The position numbers and the translations under genes were made by a program. A stretch of 42,943 nt of DNA, taken from sequence record OK539825.1. One strand, 5' to 3'. Under the pieces are notes generated by a model. The model had not been told where the DNA came from. It made no database searches and saw only the letters and a program-made list of their open reading frames with translations. The DNA comes from Pseudomonas phage phipa4. Shown in pieces: positions 35,912 through 42,943 of this stretch (within the stretch, counting starts at the first letter, position 1; each line of letters opens with the position of its first letter).

Positions 35912-36992
35912 CCGCTGTAATTGGCGAATAAGAATCGCAACCCGTAGCGATGAAATCGCCCGGAATTACGCCGTTGTGAACTTCGCAAAACCATTCGCCG
36001 TTTTCGACAGGGTTTGCGGCCTTGCAGCTTCGGCAGTTCTTTTCAGGAATCGCGCCCTTGTGGCAAATATCCTTCGCCGCGCAATATCCGCACTTGTGAA
36101 ACGTCGGATTATCCGACAAGCGCGGCGGCGCTTCCTGCGACAGAATGATTTGTTCGGCCTTTTCCTTCATTTGTTGGCCTAGCCGATGGTCTAGCTTTAC
36201 AACTTCGCAATGCAAGTCGTCGTCGTTCTTGTTAATGTTCAGATAAAGAACATAACGAAAACGATATTCGTTGCCATACGTCGAAGTTTGGGCGAAATGT
36301 TGCGGCTTACTTACTGCCATTCCTTGCGACATTAAGTCCGAAAAGCCCTTGCCTGTTCCGTTGGTCTTGAATTCCAGCAAAACAGGTTCGTCGATACCGT
36401 AGCGTTCGGGAAGCCGGGCGATACCGTCAAGCGACCCGCCGAAGTGCCCCATAACGCCGGAAATGCGGTATTGTGGGAATTCCAAGCCGTCGGCTTTCGC
36501 GCGTGCGACGTGTTGGGCGTAATACGGATTTTCATTCGTAATAAGGTCGCAGCCCAACGGCAGTTCTTCGCCTTCCTTCAATACGCCGTAACTGTCGCTT
36601 TCGGCTTGGTAAAAGAAGCCGTCGCGGTTTTCGTACCAACATTGAACGCCGATGCCTTCCAGCCATTCGATAAAGCGGGCTTCTTCACGGTGCCCACGAT
36701 TAAACAAGCGTTGCTTGCGACCGTCCGTCTTTTCCTGAAAACACCAACGGAAGATATACCAAAGCTTCCGCTTGCATTCGTCGCCAATCAACGACGCGCC
36801 AAGGTGCCGACGGTGCCCGCCGTCATACGTGCGAACGCAATATTCGTCTATATCTTCTTTAATGCGCTTTGCAAGGGCGGTTGCAACGCCGGGCGCGTCA
36901 AGGTCTACGCTTTGTTTTCCTGCGTCGGATTTCGTCGGCTGCGCGTCGTTCAGCGTTAATTGTGCGTTCTTCGCGTCTTTGCTGTTTTGCAT
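35895..36992 (-). CDS. PD-(D/E)xK nuclease, Cas4/RecB-like with Fe-S cysteine motif
   Basis: IDEPVLLEFKT (D..ExK). QHFAQTSTY (QxxxY). N-terminal Cys plus C-terminal CGYCAAKDIC (Cx2Cx5C). Confidence 0.55.
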   Translation of the reverse strand: MQNSKDAKNAQLTLNDAQPTKSDAGKQSVDLDAPGVATALAKRIKEDIDEYCVRTYDGGHRRHLGASLIGDECKRKLWYIFRWCFQEKTDGRKQRLFNRGHREEARFIEWLEGIGVQCWYENRDGFFYQAESDSYGVLKEGEELPLGCDLITNENPYYAQHVARAKADGLEFPQYRISGVMGHFGGSLDGIARLPERYGIDEPVLLEFKTNGTGKGFSDLMSQGMAVSKPQHFAQTSTYGNEYRFRYVLYLNINKNDDDLHCEVVKLDHRLGQQMKEKAEQIILSQEAPPRLSDNPTFHKCGYCAAKDICHKGAIPEKNCRSCKAANPVENGEWFCEVHNGVIPGDFIATGCDSYSPITAVAKNV

Positions 36993-37425
36993 CGTTCTTC
37001 ACCTTGCGCCGCATAAGGGCTTCGTAATTGTTCGCTAAATAATCCGCCGAAAGTGTCGCAACGTCTTTTAGTTGGTCTTTCGACAGCCAAGATATATGGC
37101 AATCCGACGGGTCGATTCCTAATTGGTTCGCAAGCCAATTGTACGCCTTCGCGCGCGACATTAAGCCGGTTTGCCAAAGGCGGTCGAATTCGTTATGGGC
37201 TTTCGTTCGAAGCTGGCGCGTTGTTCTGTCGGCCATACGACCCAACGGAATAAACGTGCCCGGATGGCAACCAACGGCGGCGCGACAATCATTGCAATAA
37301 TAAATGTGCGGCCAATTGCCATAAGTTCGCCCGTAAATCTTGTCGTTCGTTGTTAGTTCAATGTTAACGGAACAACAAGTATCGCATTGTTCGGGCGTCG
37401 GCAATGCGTCTTTTATTTTCGACAT
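36898..37425 (-). CDS. zinc-finger protein (175 aa) with basic C-terminus
   Basis: CDTCC...YYCNDCRAAVGCH. AAGGAG RBS. 95-nt overlap with the nuclease ORF start. Confidence 0.5.
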   Translation of the reverse strand: MSKIKDALPTPEQCDTCCSVNIELTTNDKIYGRTYGNWPHIYYCNDCRAAVGCHPGTFIPLGRMADRTTRQLRTKAHNEFDRLWQTGLMSRAKAYNWLANQLGIDPSDCHISWLSKDQLKDVATLSADYLANNYEALMRRKVKNDAKQQRREERTINAERRAADEIRRRKTKRRP

Positions 37426-37441
37426 AAGTTCGCATACTCCT

Positions 37442-37480
37442 TAAAAAGAAACGCCGGGGCCGGTTAAGACCCCGGCGAAT
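37442..37480 (-). terminator. rho-independent terminator after the SSB-like gene (minus strand)
   Basis: Minus-strand CGCCGGGG-loop-CCCCGGCG followed by TTTCTTTTT. Confidence 0.5.
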
Positions 37481-37503
37481 CTACGCCGCGACGGCGTTAC
37501 GCC

Positions 37504-38250
37504 TTAACGCTGGCCCCAAGGTGCCGCGCCTGCCGGTGCGCCGCCCTGCGCGGGCTGGCCGCCCTGTTGCCAGCCGCCGCCCTGCGCGGGCTGCTGTTGG
37601 GCGGGCTGTTGGGCAGGCTGGCCGCCCCATGCTGCGCCCTGCGGCTGTTGGGCCGGTTGCTGCGCGGGCTGTTGCTGTCCGCCCCAAGCGGCACCGCCTG
37701 CGGGCTGCTGCGCGGGTTGCTGCTGCGGTTGACCGCCCCAAGCCCCGCCGTTCTGGCCTTGCGGCTGCTGCGGCTGCTGTCCGAAGCCTGCGCCGCCCTG
37801 CGGCTGCTGTTGCTGCGGCTGCGCTGCCGGTGCGCCTGCGCCAGCCTTGCCCGGTTCGTTCCCGTTCATATCGAAGACCTTTTTAACTTCGGTATACTGC
37901 GGGTCGTTTTTCTGCGGGCCGACTTCGATAAGAAACGGCAGGTTGTGAAGCTGCGACGAATCGGTAACTTGGAACACGCCGATTACGTGGCAGATTGCCG
38001 AAAGCTGGCGATGCGCGATTTCGACGGTCTGTTGGTTGGAATGGTACAGGTTCAGGCGATAAGCGCCGGTCGTGCCCTGCTGCGGGCCGTCGATAATCCG
38101 CAAGTTCAGTTGCAGATAACCGCCGTCGTTCGCCTTGTTGGCCTTGACTTCGGAAGATTCGACGATTACCGGATGCTTGCCAATCGGCAGGCTTCCGACG
38201 CCTTGGGTCGGGTCGTACTGTTGGGCGTTGAACGCTTGGATAAGTTGCAT
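37504..38250 (-). CDS. SSB-like protein: about 130-aa N-terminal domain plus Gly/Gln/Pro/Ala-rich tail with AWGGQ repeats, no acidic tip
   Basis: Tail resembles the E. coli SSB linker (GGWGQPQQPQGG) but ends ...PWGQR. Neighbour of Sak4. AAGGTG RBS. Confidence 0.5.
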   Translation of the reverse strand: MQLIQAFNAQQYDPTQGVGSLPIGKHPVIVESSEVKANKANDGGYLQLNLRIIDGPQQGTTGAYRLNLYHSNQQTVEIAHRQLSAICHVIGVFQVTDSSQLHNLPFLIEVGPQKNDPQYTEVKKVFDMNGNEPGKAGAGAPAAQPQQQQPQGGAGFGQQPQQPQGQNGGAWGGQPQQQPAQQPAGGAAWGGQQQPAQQPAQQPQGAAWGGQPAQQPAQQQPAQGGGWQQGGQPAQGGAPAGAAPWGQR

Positions 38251-38308
38251 GATGTTTCACCTTTTCGAAAAGTCTTCGCCATTGGTTACGGCGGCGAAGT
38301 AAACCGTT

Positions 38309-39025
38309 TTATTGCATCGCTTTCGCGAACAATGCGGTAAGGTCGGGCTGTTCAAGTTCGTTAAGATTGCCCAAACGGTCGCGCGCGAAAACTTCGGGAA
38401 TTTCCTTCGTTCGCAGCGCCCGAACCGGCTTCGGCATTCCGGGTACGCTTGCTTCGCCCAAGTGCATAACGTTATCGAACAAATGCGGAACTTTAACGTT
38501 AAGGTCTTTGCCCGGAAAGAACGGGCGTTTTTGCATAATCGGTTCGTAAGTAACTTCGCCGTTCTGCAAAATCGTTTGCCGTCCGTTTTCGACAAGGGCT
38601 TGTTTCGCAATCATTACGATATGCTTTTGCGGCATGTAATACAAGTCGTTCGCGATTTTCATTACACGTTCGGACATATTGCCGTAAGCCTTCATACCGT
38701 GTTTAACCTTGCCCAATTCGTCGGCCAAGATAATTTCGGCGATGTTCGAAATACTGTCAATACCCAACGTATCGAAATTCGCAGCTTCGCGCGATTTCAT
38801 AAACCATTCGAAGAATTCGACGATAAGCGCGGGCGAATACGCTTCCCATGCGGGAACGTTCGAACCGCGCATGGACAGCATACCGGGTTCGGTCACAAGC
38901 AAAACCGGACGCGGCGCAGTATTGATAAGCGGCGTTTTGCCGGAACCGGGCGCACCGAATACGACGGACTTTACGCCGTAGCGGCGGGCCAGTTGCGACG
39001 CCGGTTTTAATTGCGACATTTGCAT
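38309..39025 (-). CDS. Sak4-like RecA-fold ATPase (single-strand annealing)
   Basis: Walker A VVFGAPGSGKT. About 238 aa RecA core only. ATG 39025 with GAAGGTG RBS. Confidence 0.55.
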   Translation of the reverse strand: MQMSQLKPASQLARRYGVKSVVFGAPGSGKTPLINTAPRPVLLVTEPGMLSMRGSNVPAWEAYSPALIVEFFEWFMKSREAANFDTLGIDSISNIAEIILADELGKVKHGMKAYGNMSERVMKIANDLYYMPQKHIVMIAKQALVENGRQTILQNGEVTYEPIMQKRPFFPGKDLNVKVPHLFDNVMHLGEASVPGMPKPVRALRTKEIPEVFARDRLGNLNELEQPDLTALFAKAMQ

Positions 39026-39079
39026 AACTTGCACCTTCGGGAATGGCCCCGGCGCTTGTGGGCAACCGGGGCGGGGTTG

Positions 39080-39520
39080 TTACTTCGACTTCGGCGCGAC
39101 AAGTTCAAGCGCGGGCGTTGCTTCCTTCGACGTTACAACTTCGTCGATAAGCTTACGGAACTTGTCGGGAAGGTTCTTGTATTCGGTAACGGAAAGTTCG
39201 GGCTTCCATTTTACCAAACGTTCGGCGATAAATTCGCCTTCGGGGCCGGTCTTTTCGATTTTCTGCAAAGCCTTTTCGACGGCTTCTTGGCCGCCTGCGA
39301 AGCTGCGGTTAATCTTGAAAACGGCTTTCAGCTTGTAACCTGCGCCAAGTTCGACGTTTTCGGTTCCTTCGCGCAAAGCTTCGGGGTCGAAAGCGAAAGC
39401 GTTTTTCAGAACTTCGGCGCGCAATGCGGATTCGGCTTCTTTCGCTGCGGCAAGCGCCTTCGTTGCTTCCTGCCATTGCAGAATCAAAGCGTCGCGGTTA
39501 GCGTTTTCGTTGAAAGACAT
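39080..39520 (-). CDS. hypothetical coiled-coil protein (146 aa), possibly Gp157-like
   Basis: ATG 39520 with GAAGGAG RBS. The longer track ORF (start 39784) overlaps the MazG-like gene and is less likely. Confidence 0.45.
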   Translation of the reverse strand: MSFNENANRDALILQWQEATKALAAAKEAESALRAEVLKNAFAFDPEALREGTENVELGAGYKLKAVFKINRSFAGGQEAVEKALQKIEKTGPEGEFIAERLVKWKPELSVTEYKNLPDKFRKLIDEVVTSKEATPALELVAPKSK

Positions 39521-39596
39521 TGTTGTTACTCCTTCGGTTGGGCCGCCGCACAATTGCGCCGGTATGTACGAACTATACGACGGCCCTTCGTTGCTG

Positions 39597-40154
39597 TCAA
39601 GCCCCTTTTTCAAGAATTTTTCGTTCTTCGAACAAGTCGCGATTGTTGGCGTCGAATTCGGTAAAGGCGTTCGGGAAGCGACGACGAAGCTTCGCGATGT
39701 TGACCGACTGCGCTTCGCCGAAGTTCGAACCAATGGCGCGCAGCAAAAGCGCATCGTACCAAAAGCCGTCGCCGACTTCTTCAAGCGCGTTAACAGCGTC
39801 GAAAGCTTCGCCTTCGGCTGCGGCGCTTAGGGCTTCCAACAGTTCGCCCGCTTCGGTCGCCTTGCCGATGATTGCATGAATGACGTTCACGGCTGCGGCG
39901 TCGTGTTCTGGATGGTCGGAAATCCATTCGGGAAGCTTCGCCAGCGTTGCCGCGTTGGCTTCCGGGGCCGGAACGCCAGTGTCGCGACCGTAGAACATGG
40001 CTTTCTTGATTGCGTCAAGCTTGTTAAGGGCTTCGACGGCTTCGGCGATGGTTTCGCGGAAGTAGGCCAGCGGCACGCGGTCGCCGTAATACTTATCCGA
40101 CGCGGTTACGTGCGCTTCTTCGATATAGTCGAAGGTCTTTGCGGGTTCGTTCAT
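39597..40154 (-). CDS. MazG-like nucleotide pyrophosphohydrolase domain protein
   Basis: EAGELLEA and EEVGDGFWY resemble MazG EExxEL/EELGDxLW motifs. Confidence 0.5.
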   Translation of the reverse strand: MNEPAKTFDYIEEAHVTASDKYYGDRVPLAYFRETIAEAVEALNKLDAIKKAMFYGRDTGVPAPEANAATLAKLPEWISDHPEHDAAAVNVIHAIIGKATEAGELLEALSAAAEGEAFDAVNALEEVGDGFWYDALLLRAIGSNFGEAQSVNIAKLRRRFPNAFTEFDANNRDLFEERKILEKGA

Positions 40155-40201
40155 ACGTTCACCTTTTGGAAGGGCCGGGCACCATGCGCCAGCGTTCCAG
40201 C

Positions 40202-40265
40202 ACTGTAACCGACCGCGCCTTTCCTGTCAACAACAATTGACAGCAAGCAAGAAGCCGGGTAAGCT
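40202..40265. promoter_or_regulatory. divergent promoters whose two -35 TTGACA boxes are the arms of a 20-bp palindrome (operator)
   Basis: CTGTCAA-CAACAA-TTGACAG at 40224-40243. + strand: TTGACA-17-TAAGCT (40237-40265). - strand: TTGACA-17-TACAGT (40230 down to 40202). Confidence 0.55.
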
Positions 40266-40291
40266 GCCCACAATTGCTAGAAGGTGGCGTT

Positions 40292-40480
40292 ATGGACATT
40301 GAAGAACTTACGAAGCGGGTAAAGAAAGCAAGCGTCGGGCGGTCGCTGCGGGCACTGGCCGCGCAATGCGACGTTTCGCACGAACTTATAAGAAAGCTTT
40401 TGCTTGCCAATTCTGCGCCGAACATAACGGCGACGACTTATAACAAGATTGACAAAGGGTTGGCAAAGAATGGACTTTAA
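40292..40480 (+). CDS. Cro/XRE-like HTH regulator (62 aa)
   Basis: RSLRALAAQCDVSHELIRKLL helix-turn-helix. GAAGGTGG RBS. Its stop overlaps the primase ATG. Confidence 0.6.
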   Translation: MDIEELTKRVKKASVGRSLRALAAQCDVSHELIRKLLLANSAPNITATTYNKIDKGLAKNGL

Positions 40481-42791
40481 CAACATTCCGCACGAAATGC
40501 GGATTTACCCGCAATGGGTCGTTTGGCGATACGAAGACACGGATTCAAAGAAACCGACGAAGGTTCCGTATTCAGCAAAAACCGGGCACCTTGCCAGCGT
40601 AACCGACCCGAACACTTGGGCCGGGTTCGACGAATGCGTTAACGCTATGTCGTCCGGTTGGTATGCCGGAATCGGTTTCGTATTGACTGAAAACGACCCG
40701 TATTCGTTTATCGACCTTGACGACACAAAAGGCGACCAAACGGCGCTTGACCGCCAAATAAAGATTTTTAACGAATTCAACAGCTACGCCGAACGGTCGC
40801 CTTCCGGTTCGGGGTTGCATATCATCGTTAAGGGCGCGATTCCGTCGGGCCGCCGTCGTTCGTTTATCGAAGTTTATTCTTCGCTTCGTTATATGACAAT
40901 GACCGGCGATATTTACCGTAACGCGCCGATTAACGATTGCAACGAACTATTAAACGTTCTTTGGGGCCAAATGGGGCAAGGTTCGGTCGCTGTCGCGCAT
41001 TATGCCGGACTTGCCGAAGCCAAGGAAACCGACGAACAGGTTTATAACCGCGCAGTCGCCGCAGCCAATGGCGACAAGTTCGCCGAACTGTACGCGGGCA
41101 AATGGGAAGGTATGTACGCTTCGCAGTCCGAAGCCGACTTTGCCTTGGTCGATATTATCGCGTTTTATACGCAGAACCGGGCGCAGATTTCGCGAATGTT
41201 TCGCGCGTCGGGCTTGGGGCAGCGTGACAAAGCAAAACGCGACGATTACGTTTCGTACATGCTGAACAAGTGTTTCGACCGCATGTTGCCGCCCGTTGAC
41301 GTTGACGGATTGCGCAACAAGCTAGACGAAGCAATAGCAAAGAAAGAAGCCGCCGACAGGGCCGCCGCGTTGTCGCAGAACAGCGAAGCGACGCCGCATC
41401 CGAAAGCCCCGGCCCCGAACCTTAACGAAGTTTCGAAGGTATACAGCGTGCCGCCCGGATTAGTCGGAGAAATCGCGCAATACATTTACGCACAAGCGCC
41501 GCGCCCGGTGCCCGAAATCGCGTTGGCCGGTGCCCTTGGTTTGGTCGCCGGTATTGTGGGCAGGGCGTACAACATTTCCGGCACTGGCCTTAATCAATAC
41601 GTTCTGTTGTTGGCACCGACCGGAACAGGTAAAGAAGCCATCGCAAGCGGCATTGACAAGCTAATGGCGCAGGTTATCCGAACTGTTCCCGCCGCGTCGG
41701 ACTTTATCGGCCCCGGCGAAATTGCTTCGTCGCAAGCGATTATTAAGTATATGTCGCGCGGGCCAACGTCGTTCGTTTCATTGGTCGGCGAATTTGGTAT
41801 TTACCTTCAACAAATGGCAAGCGTAAACGCACCGCCGCACCTTACCGGGCTTCGTCGCTTCCTGTTGGATGCTTACAACAAGTCGGGCGAAGGCAAGGTA
41901 CTTCGACCTTCGATTTATTCAGACAAGGACAAGAACACCGCCGCAGTGTTGGCCCCGTCCTTTACCTTGCTTGGCGAATCAACGCCCGAAAAGTTTTACG
42001 AAGGTTTGCACGAAGGTTTGATTTCCGAAGGTCTGTTGCCGCGTTTTACGATGATTGAATATCACGGCGAACGCCCGGCGTTGAATCCGGGGCACCTGTC
42101 GGCCCAACCTTCGTTCGAACTTATCGACAGGCTTTCGACCTTGTGCGCCCATGCGCTAATGTTGAACAGCCAACATAAGGCGATACACGTTCAAACCGAC
42201 GCAACCGCCCGCGAACTGTTCCAGCAATTCGACGCGCATTGCGACGCGAACATTAACACAAGCGACCGCGAAGTTCGGCGGCACCTTTGGAACCGGGCGC
42301 ACGTAAAGGCGTTGAAGCTGGCCGGAATTATCGCCGTCGGCTGCAACCCTTACGACCCGACCATTACCGCCGACGTTGCGTCTTGGGCGATTAACCTTGT
42401 CGTCGCCGACGTTCGAAACTTGCTTGCCCGGTTCGATGCTGGCGAAATCGGCATAGACAACGACGAAACGAAACAGCTTGCCAAGGTTATTTCAACGGTT
42501 AAAGATTTCGTCGTTTCACCTTGGCCGGACGTTGCGAAGTACGCAGGCGAAGGAATGTCCAACCTTCATTCGAACCGAATTGTTCCGTACAGCTACGTTC
42601 AACGCAGGCTTGCCGCTGTTGCCGTCTTTCGTAAAGACCGCATCGGCGCAAGCGGGGCAATCAAGCGCGCCTTGAAGACCCTTTGCGAACGCGGCGATTT
42701 GCAGGAAGTAAGCCGGGCCACACTGGCGAAGGATTACGGAACAAGCGCCGTTGCATACATGGTCGCGCATCCGGGCGTTTTCGGCCTGTAA
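40470..42791 (+). CDS. DNA primase (AEP prim-pol N-terminus) with C-terminal P-loop NTPase domain
   Basis: IYPQWVVWRYE. AEP motif I FIDLDD. Motif II SGSGLHII. P-loop APTGTGKE. ATG 40470 (track TTG 40449). Confidence 0.65.
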   Translation: MDFNNIPHEMRIYPQWVVWRYEDTDSKKPTKVPYSAKTGHLASVTDPNTWAGFDECVNAMSSGWYAGIGFVLTENDPYSFIDLDDTKGDQTALDRQIKIFNEFNSYAERSPSGSGLHIIVKGAIPSGRRRSFIEVYSSLRYMTMTGDIYRNAPINDCNELLNVLWGQMGQGSVAVAHYAGLAEAKETDEQVYNRAVAAANGDKFAELYAGKWEGMYASQSEADFALVDIIAFYTQNRAQISRMFRASGLGQRDKAKRDDYVSYMLNKCFDRMLPPVDVDGLRNKLDEAIAKKEAADRAAALSQNSEATPHPKAPAPNLNEVSKVYSVPPGLVGEIAQYIYAQAPRPVPEIALAGALGLVAGIVGRAYNISGTGLNQYVLLLAPTGTGKEAIASGIDKLMAQVIRTVPAASDFIGPGEIASSQAIIKYMSRGPTSFVSLVGEFGIYLQQMASVNAPPHLTGLRRFLLDAYNKSGEGKVLRPSIYSDKDKNTAAVLAPSFTLLGESTPEKFYEGLHEGLISEGLLPRFTMIEYHGERPALNPGHLSAQPSFELIDRLSTLCAHALMLNSQHKAIHVQTDATARELFQQFDAHCDANINTSDREVRRHLWNRAHVKALKLAGIIAVGCNPYDPTITADVASWAINLVVADVRNLLARFDAGEIGIDNDETKQLAKVISTVKDFVVSPWPDVAKYAGEGMSNLHSNRIVPYSYVQRRLAAVAVFRKDRIGASGAIKRALKTLCERGDLQEVSRATLAKDYGTSAVAYMVAHPGVFGL

Positions 42792-42818
42792 CGCGCGCCC
42801 GCCAGTGTGGGCAGAACG

Positions 42819-42840
42819 GGCCGCCTTCGGGCGGCTTTTT
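42819..42840 (+). terminator. rho-independent terminator (UUCG loop)
   Basis: GCCGCC-ttcg-GGCGGC followed by TTTTT. Confidence 0.65.
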
Positions 42841-42869
42841 CGTGCCTGTAAAAAAGTTCGTCGTACCTG

Positions 42870-42898
42870 TTGACGTAGCTTCGAACTGTACGTAGAAT
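42870..42898 (+). promoter_or_regulatory. early promoter, conserved family copy 4
   Basis: TTGACG-17 (TAGCTTCGAACTGTACG)-TAGAAT. A6 tract and GTTCGTCGTACCTG upstream. Conserved leader ACAAACCATCGAAGCAACGAACACAA follows to the window end. Confidence 0.6.
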
Positions 42899-42943
42899 AC
42901 AAACCATCGAAGCAACGAACACAACCCCGAAGGAACCGAAGCC

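Noticed and set aside
37521-38340. Plus-strand ORFs 37521..37886 and 37567..38340 (Ala/Arg/Leu-rich)
   Set aside because: Artefacts of the repetitive about 75% GC tract that encodes the Q/P/G tail of the minus-strand SSB-like gene.
39080-39784. Long version (234 aa) of ORF 39080 starting at 39784
   Set aside because: The N-terminal 88 aa are Ser/Arg/Cys-rich nonsense overlapping the MazG-like gene. The internal ATG 39520 has a perfect GAAGGAG RBS.
1-42943. tRNA genes, CRISPR arrays, integrase/att sites, transposases
   Set aside because: No T-loop-like GTTCRANYC cloverleaf candidates in the few non-coding gaps. No repeat-spacer arrays. No tyrosine or serine recombinase motifs in any ORF.

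Overview
The window reads as a near-complete or complete genome of a tailed dsDNA phage (siphovirus-like, about 56% GC, apparently virulent: no integrase or CI-like repressor seen). It has three transcription blocks. (1) 1-7100, + strand: about 25 small early ORFs driven by a repeated family of sigma70-like promoters, including a VRR-NUC nuclease, a TraR-type zinc-finger protein and a dCMP deaminase. (2) 7100-30825, + strand: a lysis cassette (holin/antiholin, endolysin, overlapped i/o-spanins), then TerS, TerL, portal, MuF/SPP1-gp7-like protein, scaffold, capsid, connector proteins, a 511-aa putative tail tube protein, a tail chaperone pair with a -1 frameshift site (A_AAA_AAC), a 1204-aa tape measure, and a GTA/lambda-like tail tip (g12/g13/g15-like). 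Two AT-rich paralogous genes are inserted directly after the tape measure. (3) 30826-40154, - strand: a replication/recombination operon with family-B DNA polymerase, a beta-clamp homolog, SF2 helicase, a Cas4-like PD-(D/E)xK nuclease, a zinc-finger protein, an SSB-like protein with a Q/P/G-rich tail, Sak4-like ATPase and a MazG-like protein. A divergent palindromic promoter/operator at 40202-40265 leads into a Cro-like HTH gene and an AEP primase gene on the + strand. The 3' end of the window carries another early promoter and leader that abut the ATG at nt 1, so the contig is probably circular or circularly permuted. No tRNA, CRISPR array, integrase or transposase was found. All family assignments come from remembered motifs, not database searches.
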